From Trypethelium eluteriae (taxonomy: Eukaryota): a stretch of 36,425 nt of DNA. Location: assembly GCA_051942245.1 (NCBI GenBank), contig JAVECL010000202.1, positions 1 to 36,425 on the forward strand, in the 5' to 3' direction. This document shows, in pieces, positions 32,702 to 36,425 of this stretch. The position numbers were made by a program, and so were the translations under genes. The notes under the pieces are model-generated. The model was not told the origin of the DNA. It ran no database searches and saw only the letters and a list, made by a program, of their open reading frames with translations. Position 1 is the first letter of the stretch; each line of letters begins with the position of its first letter.

Positions 32702-35572
32702 CGGGGAGTAGAGCTGTGATAAGAGCCGAGAGCGATTTCAATGATATCGAAATGCACGATATTGTCAACTAAGGGCTCAATACTTCAGCATCTGCGCAAC
32801 AAAGCATGAAACACAAGGTGAATATTCTTGGCTTGGGGGAGGAGGGTTTCTTCCAGGACCACGGACGTGACTCGAACGTGGATCTGACGACGTAGATAGT
32901 ATGGCGGCTTGAGGAGCCATTTCAGGCCCACCCATTTATGGAACCGTCTCCGCGCGTGGGGTACTCTATGATTGCTGGATAACTTACCTAGTATGGCCTA
33001 TTAAACCATTTTCCAGACTGCCGGGCATTCAAGTCGGCCGGAGGGTTTCGTGGGCCCCGACAGTGATACTATATTTGATTTTACTGAACCCCTATTTGCT
33101 GGAATTTGATTTTCTCACCAATTCCGTTTTCCCACGAAACCCCCTTCAGTAGATACCCAGAGTTGCATTGGTCTTGTCTTAGCCTTTGCGATGCCTTCCC
33201 CATGATCTTGGTGGAAGATCCATTCCTGTGCCTGGCTAGTTAGTCCCTTGGGGGCGGCTTACTGGCTTTCTATGGCAAGGGCGAGGTGGGGTTTCTTTGG
33301 GGTAAACGGAATCGATACGTAATGACGAATGCATTGCTAGAGGAGGATGTCTCACTGACCCGTGGAACCCGTAGGACAATTTAGTGTTTCCTTGTCTACT
33401 AGAAAAATTTCCCTGGGTCGCGGAGATACTTGAGATATCTATAGCTTGGAAAAGCATCGTATCACAATTAGCGCCCGTGGATCGCTGCATTACGACCGGC
33501 GCTCTAGCCTGCAATCGTAACCTGCGTGGGACATTGTCCAATCATGAGAACTTTGAATCTATGGGGACGGGTGACAACCTAAAGGCCGGTCTCTTCCCGC
33601 AGTGGATGTGGACGGTCACGCATCCTGCAAGTTGTTTCGTGCCATCCTTGACCGCACTTTGGCCAGTGGAGATCGAAGACGGGTCTTACTCGGTACTCCG
33701 TACATGCATCCGCAATACCTCCCAATCAAGAGCCCAGTCAGGATCAAAAAAGAGCGATCGCGATTAGTTTATACGTAGAGGGCTTCGTATACAGAGCCGG
33801 CACATCACCAGGACGCATTATCTTCGCGCGGCAATTGTGTACCAAGCGACGATAGGTCATAGGTGAGACTACTACGTCTATGTCCAGTCGCATTCAGAAC
33901 CTCGTTCAGTAGTCTAATCTTCTCGGAAAAGTTGCGCGTTTGGAAGGCGGATGCCTCTCTCTCTGCATGACGTTGTTTAGTTGGGTGAGTAGTAAATTAC
34001 CCGAACGGGAGGTCAAGGGCTGAAACTATGTGGCATTAAGCACAGCCTGCATCACAAACAATCGTCACTAAAATGGCCGATATTGGCAATAATTCTGAGG
34101 GCTGATTCAGAAAACCGCCAATGCAAGGATGCTGCATTGATTCAGAGAGACTACTTATTGTTTTGGATTACCAAGGTCAGCCTATGAGCAGTAAGGCAGG
34201 GCTGAAAATAGCCAGACTATGATGTAATTCGAGGTTGGGCCTGGCACCATTCCGTACCACTCGCATTCCTTCTGTTAGCTCGCCCAAGATGGGAAGCCTC
34301 CTCCGACAGCAATGTCCGCGAGAGCATAACTCCTGACACACTTGCTACATTGCATCTGCTGTCTGCCTATTTGCGGCGCGCAATGGCTGGATGCAGCGGT
34401 GGAGATTGAAAGATGCAGCGTGAAAATACATTGCGGCACGCAGGGTGACAGCGCCTGCTGTTTTGAAAATCTGGCCGCGATCGGAGCGGAAAGAACAGCC
34501 GGATCATCTCTCCAGCAGGACTTAATTGGTAAGGTTCACGAATGGTTCTGGAAAAGATGGGCCTTGCTGTGGGAGGGCCCGCAGCATCTGGGGCTTTAGT
34601 GACAATACGAGCCGGCGCTCGTGGCAATAAATAGCAACAGATGTCAAGCATTCAGTGAGGCGCAGCACGAGCGCCCCGGGCGGATCAACCTCAACCACCT
34701 TTGAGCACCAGGGAAAATCCAACGCCCTCGAGATGCTACCACCTTACGATGCCGCATCTGCCTCTGACTGCTGACCAGCGCGCGCTAGATCTGGCGCTCC
34801 AACAGACCTCGGCCTGCCACCACGGCTGTCCTATCCGTCACTCCCTTACTGTATTGGGGACAAGAGCCCTGTTTATTCCACTTTAGGACCAATTAAGGCG
34901 CAAAAAAGAACCTGCAGGACATAGATCCAAGATAGAATGACTGCGTGGCGATTGCCAAGACGGGTTCGCCGCAGAGGCCTGAGGTGCGTGGGAAATAGAC
35001 GATTATCAGCAGATGCAGCAGCGATATTCAACTGAGTCTCCAAGTTCTCACCGGATCGGCGGTATGGCTGTCGAAACAAATTCCATGGTGATCAGATTGA
35101 CGACCATCTTTAGATCTTTAGAGTATTTAGACAAAGCTTGGCAAGCCTCGGTTGGTCATCGCGACAGTGGCTCCGGACCTGGGCCAAATGCGTTCAGGAG
35201 CAGTCCGTAAGTCGGAGCATTAAGAGGGTTCCACTTCGGTGAGGTACTCTGTACAGTAAGGGAGCCAGGGCAGATCCAAAGTCACGGGTCCGAAAGGGGG
35301 ATCGGGAGATTAGCAAAGGGTTCTCCAGATTGCTGAATATAGCGAAGGAAGGAGTTAGGCGTGTTGCGAGTGGTGGCCGGCGGTGAGAGCCTGCGCTTGA
35401 GAGGGGTCGCGCGACTCTCGGCAGCGCCTCTTCTAAGCTTTTTTGCACGGGGCACACCAAGCACGACTGCTACGGACAAGCCACCACGATGGATCGTCAA
35501 CCTAGCCGGCTCGCAGTCAAGACCAGCGTTGGCACAGGCAAAGACCAGATGCCTCAAGTACCCGGGCTGGAC

Positions 35573-35596
35573 CTGCATCTGCATCTGCATCTGCAT
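35573..35596. repeat. Hexanucleotide microsatellite (CTGCAT)4
   Basis: Seen directly: ctgcatctgcatctgcatctgcat. Confidence 0.85.
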
Positions 35597-35911
35597 GCTT
35601 TTCGCCTCCATGTACCCGACCACTCGACCATTCTCCCTCGTGTAACCCGAACGCCTCGCCTCTCGAACCTCGTCTCTCTCCACTGTACCATCTCTTATTC
35701 CCGTACGCTGGTGGTAAGAGATACGGCCCTGGCTAATATACGCTGCATGTCATCCTAATCTTCTGAATTACTATTTTCGGTCTCTACCTAGTTCTGCTCC
35801 CACTCCGCTCACTTTTATTTTACATCTAATCGTCCACCTTTCTGACCTCTTCTCCCTGCATTTCTTCTGCTTGCTGCGCCTTCTTCAACCCGACACATCC
35901 TGCAACGTGAA

Positions 35912-36425
35912 ATGCAGCCCAATGCAGCGGCCACGACGACGATCCACAACGGCAACGGTAGACCTTTTCTACCAGTTCCCGCGCCTTATAGGCCGCAGAC
36001 AACAATTACCCAGACACCTCCCACGCCGCCACATAACCACGATCCCTTTATTTTGTCGTCCGAGTCTTTCTTCAAGAAACAGAACGCAGCTGCTCTGCTC
36101 CACTCAGTAGCCGGGCCTGCTACTCCTCCTCAGAACGACTCTCCTTTCCAGAGTCGTATGGCTCAACCACCCAGCCAGCAACCAAATCGAAGTCAAAGTT
36201 CGACCCCCCCTCTTCCATGGCAAAACATCCCAGCAGAGTACCGACCAGCTTACTGGCCAGAAGATGAACTCGCACCACCCCCACCGAACCGTCTCCTCCA
36301 CCCAGCAACTCACCCACCCGCAACCAGCTCCTCACTCCCCACGTCCGCCCCTCGCCATATCCCGATCACCGTACCCCAAGTGAACGAGCCCCGGCATCAC
36401 CACACGAAATCCCTCTCGGCCTTCC
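35912..36425 (+). CDS. 5' end of a Pro/Ser/Thr-rich protein, runs off the window
   Basis: Seen: ATG at 35912 after a pyrimidine-rich leader; frame open to the end (MQPNAAATTTIHNGNGRPFLPVPAPY...LLHSVAGPATPP...MAQPPSQQ...HHHTKSLSAF). Absent from the ORF track, probably because it has no stop in the window. No domain visible. Confidence 0.65.
   Translation, partial: MQPNAAATTTIHNGNGRPFLPVPAPYRPQTTITQTPPTPPHNHDPFILSSESFFKKQNAAALLHSVAGPATPPQNDSPFQSRMAQPPSQQPNRSQSSTPPLPWQNIPAEYRPAYWPEDELAPPPPNRLLHPATHPPATSSSLPTSAPRHIPITVPQVNEPRHHHTKSLSAF

Overview
Gene-dense, intron-containing fungal DNA (filamentous ascomycete, Pezizomycotina-type introns: GT donors, CTRAY-like branch sites, YAG acceptors, mostly 50-120 nt). 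I can support about 16 protein-coding loci. In order: 3' end of SPP1 (COMPASS), a small orphan, a repeat-rich GPI-anchored wall protein, a secreted Thr-rich protein, a protoglobin/fungoglobin-type globin with a spliced-on membrane tail, NSE3/MAGE, a GH79 glycosidase, a Myb/SANT protein with terminal Atg8-interaction-like motifs, a coiled-coil hypothetical divergent from SF3B5/YSF3, a small membrane protein, a laccase, ERG24 divergent from an MRL1-type receptor, a SLIP-GC/NUGGC-like dynamin-family GTPase, and the 5' end of a Pro-rich gene. No transposon, CRISPR array, rRNA or intact tRNA was found. The best unexplained signal is a ~165-nt intergenic element (10914-11077) that looks like a structured non-coding RNA gene: two cUUCGg hairpins, upstream TATA, A-box, T5 run and a downstream B-box. 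I could not assign it to a known family. All family calls come from motif recognition by eye; no searches were run.
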